DNA from: an uncultured delta proteobacterium
GTDB taxonomy: Bacteria > Desulfobacterota > Binatia > Binatales > Binataceae
DNA: 64,000 nucleotides
Direction of reading: 5' to 3'
Assembly (NCBI GenBank): GCA_963842085.1
Contig: CAWJET010000001.1
Location: forward strand, 416,001-480,000
This document shows, one piece after another, positions 35,922 to 46,700 of the stretch. Below the pieces are notes generated by a model. It did not search any database. It was given only the letters and a program-made list of their open reading frames with translations, and was not told the origin of the DNA. Within the stretch, counting starts at the first letter, position 1. The number at the start of each line of letters is the position of its first letter. The translations under genes and the position numbers were made by a program.

Positions 35922-37580
35922 ATGCCCGCGAACATGAAAATCGCTGAGCCTTACGATCTTAATCGTTCAACGGGCCCATGGGACGCGATTGTAATCGGCT
36001 CGGGTATAGGAGGGCTCGGCGCCGCGGCGCTGCTCTCCCGATACGGCGGCAAGCGGGTGCTCGTGCTCGAGCGCCATTACACTCCCGGCGGCTTTACCCA
36101 CACCTTCCGCCGGCCGGGTTACGAATGGGATGTGGGCGTGCACTACGTCGGCGAAGCCGGGCCAGGACAAGCGATCCGAGCGGTATTCGACGCGGTGACA
36201 GACGGCAGCCTGGAATGGGCGTCGCTCGGTGCGGTGTACGACCGGATCGTGATCGGCACCGATACCTACGAATTGCACGCGGGCGCGGACAATCTGCGCC
36301 GCGATCTGAAGCGGCAGTTTCAGCCGGAGGCGCCCGCGATCGATAAGTACCTCGCAATGGTCGCCGAAGTGGTAGCTGCGTCAGGCAGATACTTCATGGC
36401 CAAGGCTCTCCCCGCGCCTATCGCCGCGCTCGCGGGGCCGGCGTTGCGCCGGTCCTTCATGCGCTACGCCGAACGGACAACGCGTTCGGTGCTGGAGGAA
36501 CTGACGCGAGACCAGAGGCTGATCGCGGTGCTCACCGGGCAGTGGGGCGATTTCGGACTGCCGCCTGCCCGGAGCAGCTTCGCAATCCACGCCATCGTCG
36601 CCAACCATTACTTGGAGGGCGCGTACTACCCGGTCGGCGGCGCGCGCAGAATCTTCGACGCGATCGCGCCGGTGATCGAGGCGGGCGGCGGCAAGGTCCT
36701 GATCAACGCCGAGGTCTCCGGGATCGCGATCGAGAACGGCCGGGCGGTCGGCGTGACGATGAGCGACAATGCCGTCATCCGCGCGCCGCTTGTGATCAGT
36801 GACGCGGGGGCGATCAACACGTTCGAGCGTCTGCTCCCCGAGGACGTGGCCGAGCGATGCAATTTGGACCGGACCGCGCTCGAACCCTCGATCGCTCACC
36901 TGTGTCTCTACCTCGGCCTGCGCCACACTGCGGATGAACTGGGACTTCCGAAGAGCAACTTGTGGATCTATCCGGACGAGCGCCACGAGCGCACTTTCGC
37001 GAACGCGCTGGAAGATCCGGACGCCGCGATGCCACCGGTGTACATCTCGTTTCCCTCGGCAAAAGACCCCGATTTCGCCCGGCGCCATCCGGGACGCGCG
37101 ACGATCGACGTGATCACGCTTGCGCGATGGGACTCATTCGCGCGATGGAACGCTACGCGATGGAAGAAACGTCCCCAGGAGTACTGCGCGATGAAGGAAA
37201 AGCTGACCGCGAGGCTGCTGGACGTGGTGTACCGCCATCTGCCGCAAATCAAGGGCAGGATCGACGTGTGCGAGCTGTCGACGCCTGTCACGACGCGGCA
37301 TTTCTCCAACTACGCGAACGGCGAAATCTACGGCCTGGCACATACTCCGGCGCGTTTCAGAGATCCTTTACTGCGTCCGCGTACTCCCATCCGCGGCCTG
37401 TTCCTCACCGGGCAGGACGTGACCGTATGTGGAGTGGCCGGCGCCCTGATGGGTGCCGTGCTATGCGCCTCAGCGATACTTCGGCGCAACCTGGTGAGGA
37501 GCATTAGCCTCAGAATCGGGGACCATGAATACGCACCTGCCGGTGCGGAAATCCGCGGGGCGCAACCGGCCGTCCTGTAA
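35922..37580 (+). CDS. FAD-dependent oxidoreductase, phytoene desaturase / retinol saturase family
   Basis: IVIGSGIGGL, WDVGVHYVG, YYPVGG, ISFPSAKDP, GEIYGL and LFLTGQD motifs. Confidence 0.88.
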   Translation: MPANMKIAEPYDLNRSTGPWDAIVIGSGIGGLGAAALLSRYGGKRVLVLERHYTPGGFTHTFRRPGYEWDVGVHYVGEAGPGQAIRAVFDAVTDGSLEWASLGAVYDRIVIGTDTYELHAGADNLRRDLKRQFQPEAPAIDKYLAMVAEVVAASGRYFMAKALPAPIAALAGPALRRSFMRYAERTTRSVLEELTRDQRLIAVLTGQWGDFGLPPARSSFAIHAIVANHYLEGAYYPVGGARRIFDAIAPVIEAGGGKVLINAEVSGIAIENGRAVGVTMSDNAVIRAPLVISDAGAINTFERLLPEDVAERCNLDRTALEPSIAHLCLYLGLRHTADELGLPKSNLWIYPDERHERTFANALEDPDAAMPPVYISFPSAKDPDFARRHPGRATIDVITLARWDSFARWNATRWKKRPQEYCAMKEKLTARLLDVVYRHLPQIKGRIDVCELSTPVTTRHFSNYANGEIYGLAHTPARFRDPLLRPRTPIRGLFLTGQDVTVCGVAGALMGAVLCASAILRRNLVRSISLRIGDHEYAPAGAEIRGAQPAVL

Positions 37581-37845
37581 ACCGAGGAGCATGCCCTTGC
37601 GATTCGATGCGGTTATGGTTTGCCTATAGGTTCGCCCTGTGAGCAAAGACGACGGCGCAGGGGAATCGGTTCGGGAAAAAATGTTCGCTTTTCGGTGCAG
37701 CACGATGTAGAGAAATAGACGGAGCACCAGCAGAGCGGAATGTTCAGATCATGTCGGCCGAGCGACGAACCAACGGCGCTTTCGGAGCCGAGCTGTCTCA
37801 TGCGGCCGAGGGTCAGAACCTCGTGATCAGAAGGAGACAATTGAG

Positions 37846-38193
37846 ATGAGCGACCACAAAACACATGATCAGCACTCCCATCCGCACGGTTCAGGCTGCG
37901 GGCACACCGCCGTCAAACACGAAGGTCACGTCGACTATCTGCATGATGGGCATCTTCACAGTGCTCACCAAGGGCATGTGGATGAACATGCGCTGACGGA
38001 GGGTGGCTCGAATCCGTCCACGTGCACCCCGACTCATGCGTGTGGCGCGCACGACAGCAAGCATTCTCATGGGGCTGGTTGCGGACATGAAGCGATTCCG
38101 CACGGCAGCCACACCGACTATCTCGTCAAAGGCCACCTGCATCATAGGCACCAAGCGCACTGCGATGACCACGGCGCAGTCTCGATGGCTTGA
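37846..38193 (+). CDS. His-rich two-repeat putative metal-binding protein
   Basis: 27 His and 5 Cys in 115 aa; repeat HGxGCGHxAxxHxxHxDYLxxGHLH twice; AAGGAG RBS. Confidence 0.85.
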   Translation: MSDHKTHDQHSHPHGSGCGHTAVKHEGHVDYLHDGHLHSAHQGHVDEHALTEGGSNPSTCTPTHACGAHDSKHSHGAGCGHEAIPHGSHTDYLVKGHLHHRHQAHCDDHGAVSMA

Positions 38194-38273
38194 TGAAGAA
38201 ATTATTGAGGGCCGGTTGCTGACCGACCCTCGACGGATTGCAAATGAAAGAGCCGTTCGCGCGGCGGTGCAGG

Positions 38274-38534
38274 ATGAATGATTTAAACCAATGCCCTCTG
38301 TGTGGTCTGCGGACCGCCAGTGAGCGTTCGACCCAGATGCATCTGCGCTCGGATCACAAACGTAAGGAATCAGAGATCGCAGAACTAGTAAGCAGAGCGA
38401 AGGCCGGTTCGCTCGGGTGCGACCCCGCAGCAAAGTTGCTCAGGAAGGTGATCAAGGCGCCTCCTCCAGGCCATTCAACCCAAGACTTAGTCGATGATCC
38501 TTCCATGAATGGGCTACAGACCAGCCAACAATGA
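38274..38534 (+). CDS. Small protein with C2H2 zinc-finger pattern
   Basis: CPLC-x12-HLRSDH; stop overlaps the next ATG (ATGA). Confidence 0.55.
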   Translation: MNDLNQCPLCGLRTASERSTQMHLRSDHKRKESEIAELVSRAKAGSLGCDPAAKLLRKVIKAPPPGHSTQDLVDDPSMNGLQTSQQ

Positions 38535-39322
38535 TACAAGAAGATAAGTTTTACCGTGCTTACATGGAGTTTTTTGAGATCGCGGAGCGAAAGCGCCGCT
38601 GGAATCTCTTCGACGACGTTCCATGGGACAGGCTTTCGGCCGTTACCAACAGCGAGGAGCGCGCGATTCGAATCGAAACCTACTGCGCCGAGGAGATGTA
38701 TCTCCCTGACTACAGCGCCGCCGGAGTGGAGTTGACGCGGTCGGTGTTCGGACAGGCGTGGTTCCAGGCCGCTTGGAGCTACGAGGAATCGCGACACAGC
38801 CTGGTATTTCGCGAGTATCTGATTCGCGCGGGACTTCGCAGCCAAGCTCAATTCGACAAATTCGAGAATGACCTGTTCGCGCGCTCTTGGAAGGTGCCCT
38901 TCCAAACTCGCCGTCAGATGTGCTGTTACGCCGCACTGCAGGAAGCCGCCACCTATCTGGCTTACAAAGCACAGAAAGACCGCGCCGCGCTCGAAAACGA
39001 CAAAACCCTCGAAGCGATATTCTTTTTCGTGAGCCGCGACGAGGCCGCTCATGCCGGCTTCTATCGTAAGATGGTCGCGCTTGACCTTGCCGAAGACCGG
39101 GGCGGAACTCTCTCCGACCTCTCATATGTGCTCGAGAACTTCAAGATGCCCGGCGAAGGGCTCATCCCCAACTACCTGGAAAACTTGAGAATTGGTGGCG
39201 GCGGAATCAGCGCACGGCTGTTCTTCACCCGCGCCGTCCTGCCTTTGCTCAAGCAGTTGGCCACCAGCCGTAAAGAACTGAAGAGTGCGCCCCCGCCCAG
39301 GGTGTCAGCTGCTACGCTCTGA
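38531..39322 (+). CDS. Acyl-ACP desaturase-like ferritin-fold diiron protein
   Basis: EEMYLPDY, WSYEESRH, LQEAAT, DEAAH and FKMPG motifs. Confidence 0.82.
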   Translation: MIQEDKFYRAYMEFFEIAERKRRWNLFDDVPWDRLSAVTNSEERAIRIETYCAEEMYLPDYSAAGVELTRSVFGQAWFQAAWSYEESRHSLVFREYLIRAGLRSQAQFDKFENDLFARSWKVPFQTRRQMCCYAALQEAATYLAYKAQKDRAALENDKTLEAIFFFVSRDEAAHAGFYRKMVALDLAEDRGGTLSDLSYVLENFKMPGEGLIPNYLENLRIGGGGISARLFFTRAVLPLLKQLATSRKELKSAPPPRVSAATL

Positions 39323-39333
39323 GGAACCAGACG

Positions 39334-39558
39334 ATGGCTGATCCGACCAAGCTCACGATCGAGGAGCTGAAAATGGGCATACGCAATACCAAGAAAGCTC
39401 TTCGACGCGCCGAGGAATTGTTCAAGGAGGCCAGTTTAAGCGAGAACATCTCGCTTGGCCGCACCAACCTCTTGGAATCAACTGCGAAGCACGTGGAGAA
39501 GCTTGAGAAGGAACTCGCGGTTTTCGAAGTTGAGATCGAAGCAAGGACTAGCCAATGA
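39334..39558 (+). CDS. Small coiled-coil hypothetical protein
   Basis: GAGG RBS, 11 bp after the previous stop, Glu/Lys/Leu-rich. Confidence 0.55.
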   Translation: MADPTKLTIEELKMGIRNTKKALRRAEELFKEASLSENISLGRTNLLESTAKHVEKLEKELAVFEVEIEARTSQ

Positions 39559-39832
39559 CACATTCCTCGCCTGGAGGGACGCATCGGATGCGGCCAGACC
39601 TGCGGGCTACTTCGGCGCTGCGCTTCAGCGCTTCGGTTGTGAGGTTGGCTGGCTGTGATCCATTGCAGATGCTTCGGACGATTTCGAGTGCGAGACGCCA
39701 GCTTTCTTCCAGCGTGTTTCGGGCGTCGATGAAATTTCTGAGCCCCTCAGGGTTGATGGATTTTTCAGTCGGCCGTGTTAAAGCTGATCGCGTAAGGTCA
39801 CACTTTCTCTTCCTGAAAAGGAGCGCACTGCT

Positions 39833-39910
39833 ATGGCGATCACGCTGAAAAAGATCACGCTTTGGCGCAAAGAGGTCGACAACAAGCCAGGAGCGCTCGC
39901 CGATACGCGT
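39833..39910 (+). pseudogene. ACT-domain protein N-terminal remnant
   Basis: AAGGAG RBS and MAITLKKITLWRKEVDNKPGALADT, after which similarity is lost. Confidence 0.5.
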
Positions 39911-40334
39911 TGCGACCGTCGATGCAGCTTTATCGTGCAAGGCGCGCCTCGGGGTAGCCAAGCACAATCCTGCCCTTTTCCCGACAACGCGCGACGAGAA
40001 CGCCGGTTACCTCGGTTCGGACTGACGCCCTTTTGGCCCGTGCGCCTGCCGATGGTCGTCAATACCGCCCATCCCGGCTTCTGGCGTGTTGGAAGTTGCC
40101 GTTTCGGTGAACACGTTTTTCGGCTCGAACGGCTGGCAAACCATCGGACAGAACTTAACCAGCGACGCGGGCACTTGTCAGGTGTGTATCAGCTGCGCCC
40201 CTGCGTCCTGAAAAGGTCGCTCCATCGGTCTGCGTGCCGCGACCTGCCTGAAGGCCGACGTGCCCTGACCGACCTAAATCACTAATGGCGAGAGGTTGAG
40301 TTTCCCCGCCTCTCGCGATCACATCGGGGCCTCG

Positions 40335-40796
40335 CTATTTCTTTCGCACTTCTCGGCGAATCAGCTTGCCGGAATCGTCGTAATACTCGACGATGTCGAC
40401 GTAACCGCGCTCCTGCGGATCGCGCTCTACCAGTGCTAGCGTGCCATTTGGGCGAAAAGTCTTGACCATCTCGGTCTTGCCGTCGAAATCGTCATCGTGA
40501 ATTTCGCGCAAAAGAACCCCGTGAGAGTACTCCTGCACCAGATCGGCCTTGCCGTCAAAATTCCGATCGCTTTCAATGTCCACCAGTTCGTTATCTTTGT
40601 AGGTTTTGACTACGTCCGGCCGGCCGTCGCCGTTGGTGTCGATGGCAATCTTGTAGGTGTCCTTGTCGATCCGGTATACCCATTGGTCAGGGTGCCCGTC
40701 GCGACCACGGTGCGTGACCGTGCGGTCGGGATCCCGGTTGCAGCAGATGAAGCCGAAAGCCAGCGCTGCCAGAAAAATCATTGCGGCTTTCCGCAT
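40335..40796 (-). CDS. Putative lipoprotein with Dx[DN]xDG repeats
   Basis: Signal ending in ICC; DTNGDGRPD, DRNFDGKAD and DDDFDGKTE repeats; AAGGAG upstream. Confidence 0.78.
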   Translation of the reverse strand: MRKAAMIFLAALAFGFICCNRDPDRTVTHRGRDGHPDQWVYRIDKDTYKIAIDTNGDGRPDVVKTYKDNELVDIESDRNFDGKADLVQEYSHGVLLREIHDDDFDGKTEMVKTFRPNGTLALVERDPQERGYVDIVEYYDDSGKLIRREVRKK

Positions 40797-41145
40797 GTCT
40801 CCTTATACCCGGCGCTCAATCTGCTCTCAACTTGGTTGTTTGGTACTGGCGCTGGCCGTGCTCGCACTTCCGTTGGCGGGCATCAGCATCGAGCGCGCGC
40901 CGATCCTCACGCCACTCGCCACGGAGCTCGTGCCGCTTGGCATGAGTCTGCAATCGCCGCCGAGCAGCCACCTTGATCTGCCTTCATTTCTTGCCCCAGC
41001 CCGGCTGGTCATTGGACCTTTGCCATCTGCGGCTCTTGGGCCGAACGCCGACAGCAAGGGCCGGATTCGCAACCTCACAAGCCTCGGCTCCCCTGATTCA
41101 CGCCCGATAGACATTCCCAACGGTCGCTCTCCTCCTTCGAACTAA
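40795..41145 (+). CDS. Candidate leader ORF with N-terminal hydrophobic segment and C-terminal RSPP motif
   Basis: LGCLVLALAVLALPLAG...IPNGRSPPSN*; directly upstream of the RND operon. Start uncertain. Confidence 0.55.
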   Translation: MSPYTRRSICSQLGCLVLALAVLALPLAGISIERAPILTPLATELVPLGMSLQSPPSSHLDLPSFLAPARLVIGPLPSAALGPNADSKGRIRNLTSLGSPDSRPIDIPNGRSPPSN

Positions 41146-41278
41146 CTCGATTAACAAAAGATAGCGCGGCGCCTCGACCCTGCCATAGACGGCAGGGGCG
41201 TCGCGTGTTTGTGCTTCCGGCGGCCGAGCCAAGGATCCAGTGCGATCTTGTCGCCGCGAGTGGATGCAGGAGAAAAAT

Positions 41279-42547
41279 GTGCTTGTGTGGCGTGCCATGA
41301 CATTGGCGTTTTTCATCGCTTGGTTGACTCCGACGGGAATCGTTTGGGCGGCGGCGGAACAGCCGTTGACGGTCGAGCAGTTGGTGGAGATTGCCATCGA
41401 AGTGAATCCTCAGGTCAGAGCCACGAAGGAACAGTGGGACGTCGCCCAGCATCAGATCTTGCAGAACTATGCGCCGGCGGATCCGCTCTTCACCTACGGA
41501 AATGTTGAGAGCAGCAAAGATTTCAACGCGGCGCTGCATAGCCATGCGGTCAGCGAAAACTTCCAGTTTCCGGGAGAGGCGTTTCTACAGGCGGATCAAG
41601 CAAGGCGGACCGCCGAGATTGCGCGTTTGACGTATCAGGCGGCGGTGCGCGACTTGCGAGCCGGCGTCGAGACCGCCTATTACCGGGTACTGCTGGATGA
41701 GGGGCTGATTGGAATCAACGCCGAGAATATTGCGAACCTGAAGCAGGTCGTTAACGTAACCCAGGTCCAATACACGGGGGGCCAGGCGGCCCAGTCCGAT
41801 CTCATCGGAGCTGAGTTCAATCTCGAGCAGGCTCAGTTGCAGCAGCGCCAGTACCAAACCAACCGCCTGAACGACCGAGCAGGGCTGAATCAACTGCTCT
41901 ATCGGAAACCCGCCTCACCGTTGGATCTTGATCGGAAGATCGAGCTGAAACCCCTGCAGATCCGGCTGGATAAAGCGGTCGACACCGCAACGCACGCACG
42001 CCAGGAGATACTCGAGGCCGCGCTGACGGAGAAAAATTCAACCACGGCGCTGAAACTCGCTGAGATGGAATATCTGCCGAACTATACGGTCGGATACGAG
42101 TTTGACTACATCCTGCAACCGGGCGCGCAGCCGCTGCCCACGGTGACTCAGGGCAGTACATGGACCATCGGATTCAATGTGCCTATATTTTTCTGGATCC
42201 ATCAGCGTGAGGACGTGCACGCGGCGCAGCATTCGTTGCAGGCCGCTCGTTACGGCATGAACTCCGTCCTGAGCCAAACTGAATCGACCGTCACGCAACT
42301 GTACCAGTCCGCGCAGTTCGCCTACGAGTCGGCGCAACAATACAAGGGATCGCTGATCCTCTTGGCCGACAAGAACTTCAAAGTGTCATTGGTCGCTTAT
42401 CAGTCGGGTAAAGTCGACTTCCTTACATTGTCCTCGGCCTTGCAGAGCGCCTACACGTCGCGCCTCACCTACCTTCAGAACGCCAACCAGTTCCTCGCCG
42501 GAGAAGTGGCGTTGGAGCAGGCGATGGGAGTCTCGTTCCAGAAATGA
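41279..42547 (+). CDS. TolC/CzcC-family outer membrane efflux protein
   Basis: Signal peptide, LTVEQLVEIAIEVNP, AYQSGKVDFL and OEP repeats; AGGAG RBS before GTG 41279. Confidence 0.88.
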   Translation: MLVWRAMTLAFFIAWLTPTGIVWAAAEQPLTVEQLVEIAIEVNPQVRATKEQWDVAQHQILQNYAPADPLFTYGNVESSKDFNAALHSHAVSENFQFPGEAFLQADQARRTAEIARLTYQAAVRDLRAGVETAYYRVLLDEGLIGINAENIANLKQVVNVTQVQYTGGQAAQSDLIGAEFNLEQAQLQQRQYQTNRLNDRAGLNQLLYRKPASPLDLDRKIELKPLQIRLDKAVDTATHARQEILEAALTEKNSTTALKLAEMEYLPNYTVGYEFDYILQPGAQPLPTVTQGSTWTIGFNVPIFFWIHQREDVHAAQHSLQAARYGMNSVLSQTESTVTQLYQSAQFAYESAQQYKGSLILLADKNFKVSLVAYQSGKVDFLTLSSALQSAYTSRLTYLQNANQFLAGEVALEQAMGVSFQK

Positions 42548-43713
42548 AGTGCGGCACAATTACCAGAGGATGCGTGACGGCCCTATCGGGCTTGGTCATA
42601 GCTTTGATGGCGCTGAGCGTGCTCAGCGGATGCGACAGTCCGGCATCAACTCCGGCCGCTACCGGATCCGCGCCACCCGAACTGCCAACGTTGGTTCATC
42701 AGTCAGACGGCCGCGAGTTGATGGTTGTTGCTCGAGCGCAGGAAGGGTCGATTAAGACGATCAGAGAGATACCACTGCCAGGCGTTCTGGAAGCGGTGGG
42801 CCAGGTGACGTTCGACGATCGTCTGGTGTCGACCATCATCTCGCGGGTCACCGGGCGGATTGAGGAAATCCGGACATCGCAATGGGATACGGTCCGGCGC
42901 GGTGAGCTGGTGATGTCACTCTACAGCCCCGACCTCATGACTGCCCAGGCGGAATACCTGGAGGCAACTTCCGGTGCTAGCCAAAGCGGCGCCGCCGGCG
43001 CGCAGACCGACGCCTTTGGCGTGCCGGCCGGCAGCTTTAACATGACGGCGAACCTGAAGGCCGCCGCCGTGCGCAAGCTTGAGCTTCTGGGTTTTTCAGC
43101 AGCGGATATCGCCGCGATCCGGGAACCGAGCGTGTCGGTCTGGATGCGTGCGCCGATCAGCGGAATCATCGTGAGCAAAAATGCAGTGCGTGGGCAGCAG
43201 GTCAACCCTGGCGACCAGCTTTTCTCTCTCGCCACGCTTGAACGCGTATGGATCACCGCGGACATTTATGAAGACGACCTCGCCCGGGTGAAGGTCGGAC
43301 AGAGCCTGGAAGCGGTTACCGCCGCTTATCCGGGAGAAGTCTTCAAGGGAACGATTCAGAGAATCAGCCCCAGCCTCGATCCAAACACTCACACCCTGCA
43401 ATTGCGCTGTCAGGTCAGCAACCCCGGCTCGCAACTGAAGCCGCAAATGCTGGCCCGCGTGCGCATCGTAACCGGCCCGGGTCTGGCACTCGTGATTCCG
43501 CAGTCAGCGTTGGTCTTCGATGATAACGCCTACTATGCCTTCATCGTAGCGGGCGCCAACAGCGTTGAGCGTCGGCGCGTAGACATCGCCGATTGGAATG
43601 AGCACGGATACGCCCGCGTAATAAGCGGCATCAAGCCAGGCGACCGATTCTTTACCACCGAGTCACTGCGGTTGAACGCGCTGTGGCATGCCGCGCACGG
43701 CCAGGCCTCCTGA
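42544..43713 (+). CDS. RND membrane fusion protein (CzcB/CusB family)
   Basis: Lipobox LSGC; LYSPDL..AQAEYL, RAPISG, LKPQM and IPQSAL motifs. Confidence 0.9.
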   Translation: MKCGTITRGCVTALSGLVIALMALSVLSGCDSPASTPAATGSAPPELPTLVHQSDGRELMVVARAQEGSIKTIREIPLPGVLEAVGQVTFDDRLVSTIISRVTGRIEEIRTSQWDTVRRGELVMSLYSPDLMTAQAEYLEATSGASQSGAAGAQTDAFGVPAGSFNMTANLKAAAVRKLELLGFSAADIAAIREPSVSVWMRAPISGIIVSKNAVRGQQVNPGDQLFSLATLERVWITADIYEDDLARVKVGQSLEAVTAAYPGEVFKGTIQRISPSLDPNTHTLQLRCQVSNPGSQLKPQMLARVRIVTGPGLALVIPQSALVFDDNAYYAFIVAGANSVERRRVDIADWNEHGYARVISGIKPGDRFFTTESLRLNALWHAAHGQAS

Positions 43714-43723
43714 GAGAAATGCG

Positions 43724-46700
43724 ATGATCAGAATCTTAATGGACCTCGCGCTCCGTGAACGCGTGGTGGTTATCGGCGCCGCCATCTTGCTCGCAATCGC
43801 AGGGTTTTATTCCTTTCGCGAACTTGACATCGAGGCCTATCCCGACCCCGTGCAACCGCGCGTCGAGATCATCACGCAACCACTCGGGCTGAGCGCAGAG
43901 GAGGTCGAGAAGATCGCCACGATACCGCTGGAGGTCGGCTTGGCCGGAATCCGCAATCTGGAGGCGATGCGGACAATATCTCTCTTCGGACTCTCTGACG
44001 TAAAACTTTATTTCACCTGGGACAGCGACTACTACTGGGACCGCGTCGAGACTATCAATCGTCTAGGACTGGTTACCCTGCCGCAGAACCTTTCCCCCTC
44101 GATATCACCCGACAACCCGATCGGCGAAATCTACCGTTATATCGTACAAAGCCCGGACCATAACCTCCTTGAGGAAAAGGAGGTCGAAGACTGGGTGCTC
44201 GAAAAGCAGCTCAAGACGGTGCCAGGGGTCGAAGATGTGTCAGGCTTTGGCGGCTTGACCAAACAGTACCACGTAGACGTGGATGCCGCGAAGCTCAATC
44301 ACTACCAGTTATCGCTGGCGACGCTGACCAGTGCGATCGCGAACGCGAACATCAATGTCGGTGGTAACTACGTCGAGGTTGGCCAACAAGCATTCGACGT
44401 TCGAGGGATCGGCTTCGTCACTACCCTGGATGACATAAGGAATATCGTTCTCAGTAGCAGCAACGCCACGCTCAATAGCAGCATCGCCATACCGGCTCGC
44501 GTGCGCGATGTCGCCGAAGTAAACCTCGGCTACGCGCCGCGGCTGGGGATCGTCGGAAGGAACGAGAGAGACGAGGTCGTCGAAGGCATCGTCCTGATGC
44601 GCAAATATGGCGATACACTAAAGACGCTCAAAGGGGTGGAAGCGAAGGTACGGGAGCTGAACAGCTCCGGCACCATGCCGGCTGGCTATAAGGCTGTTCC
44701 GTACTACGACCGTACCTCGTTGGTCGATACCACCCTGCGCACGGTGTTGGAGAACCTGGGACTAGGGATGCTCCTGGTGTTCCTCGTGCTGATCTTTTTC
44801 CTCGGCAACCTGCGAACCGCAGTTATCGCCGCATTGAATATCCCGCTGGCCATTTGCGGAGCATTCATCCTGCTGTATCTGACTGGAATACCGGCAAATC
44901 TGCTCTCGCTGGGTGCGGTCGACTTCGGCATCATAATCGATTCCACTGTCATCGTGATCGAGAATATTTATCGTCATCTTACCACGGACAACCAGCCCGG
45001 CGAGAGCGAACTTCAATGCATTCGCCGTGCGTCTCTGGAAGTTGGAGGGCCGATGTTCTATTCGACCCTGATTTTCCTGGTCGCTTTTTTGCCGTTGTTC
45101 ACGATGCGCGGGGTCGAGGGTGTCATTTTCTCTCCTATGTCACACACCTACGCATTTGCGCTGACCACCGCGATCGTGCTGGCGATCACGCTAACACCGG
45201 TTCTGAGTTCCTTCCTGCTCCGCACGGGGATGAAGGAAACCCACAATATAGTCTGGGAGGGGTTTCATCGCTTCTATCACAACCTTTTCATAAGGGTTTT
45301 ACGATGGCCTTATCTGACGCTGGCCGCAATCATCCTCGTCATGGCCGGTGGGCTCTCGCTGTTTCCGCGTCTGGGCGGCGAGTTCTTGCCGAAGTTGGAG
45401 GAAGGTAACATCTGGGCCAGAGCGACGCTGCCGCTCAGCACCTCACTCTCTCACGCAAACGACGTGGCACGGGGCACCCGTGACGTATTCAGATCGTTTC
45501 CCGAGGTAACGGACGTCATCTCACAGACCGGTCGTCCTGACGACGGGACTGACGCGACCGGATTCTTCAATATCGAATATAACGTCGATCTCAAGCCGCA
45601 GTCCCAATGGCGGCCAGGCCTCACCAAGCAGAAGCTGACCGACGAGATCGATGACCGGCTCAGGCGCAAGTTTCCGGAAGCAGTTTTTGGCTATTCGCAA
45701 TATATCGAAGACAACATAGAGGAGGCGTTGTCTGGAGTTAAGGGTGTCAACGCCATCAAGGTCTATGGCCCTGACCTCGTCCTTGACGAGCGGGTAGCCA
45801 ACGAGACTCGAGAGGTAATCGACGGCGTGCGCGGGATCGCTGACGTCGCAGTCTATCGAGCAATGGGGCAACCAAACCTGCTCATCAAACCAGATCGGCA
45901 AATTTGCTCACGCTATGGACTCAACGTGGGCGATGTCGCCGCGGCCGTGCAAGCCGCGATCGGCGGTCAGGCGGTCACACAGGTACTGGAAGGAGACAGG
46001 CGGTTCGACCTCGTGGTTCGTTGGCAGCCCAAATACAGGCAGAGCTCTGATGCCATACGTCAAATTCAAATCGCCCTACCCGGCGGCGGCTACGTCCCGC
46101 TCGGCCAGGTCGCGGATATTACTACCGCTGAGGGCGCGTCATTTATTTATCGGGAGGGTCTCCGCCGCTACGTTCCGATAAGATTCAGCGTCCGAGGCCG
46201 CGACATGCAGAGCACCATCGACGAGGCAAAGAATGCCATCGCCAGGCAGATCAGGCTCCCCGCGGGCGTTTCGCTGGACTGGGTCGGCGAGTACAGCGAG
46301 CTCCAGCAAGCCAACCGACGCCTGGAGATTGTTATTCCCTTCGCGCTGCTTGTGATCATGGGGATTCTCTACGCCGCGACCTTGTCGTTCATCAACACGC
46401 TCATCTTGATGGCGCAGGTGCCGTTGGCTTGCCTGGGTGGTGTGCTCGCACTGGTCGTCACCGGCACGCCGTTTAGCGTCTCCGCCGCAGTCGGCTTCAT
46501 CTCGATTTTTGCAATTGCAATCATGGACGGTATTCTACTTAACTTTTACATCCATCAACTGTGGAGGGAGGGACACTCCGTCGTCGATTCAATCGTCATG
46601 GGCGCCGACCGGCGCTTCCGCGCGCTGATGATGACGGCCCTAGTCGACGGTCTGGGCTTGCTGCCGGCGGCGCTTTCAACTCGAATCGGCGCTCAAACGC

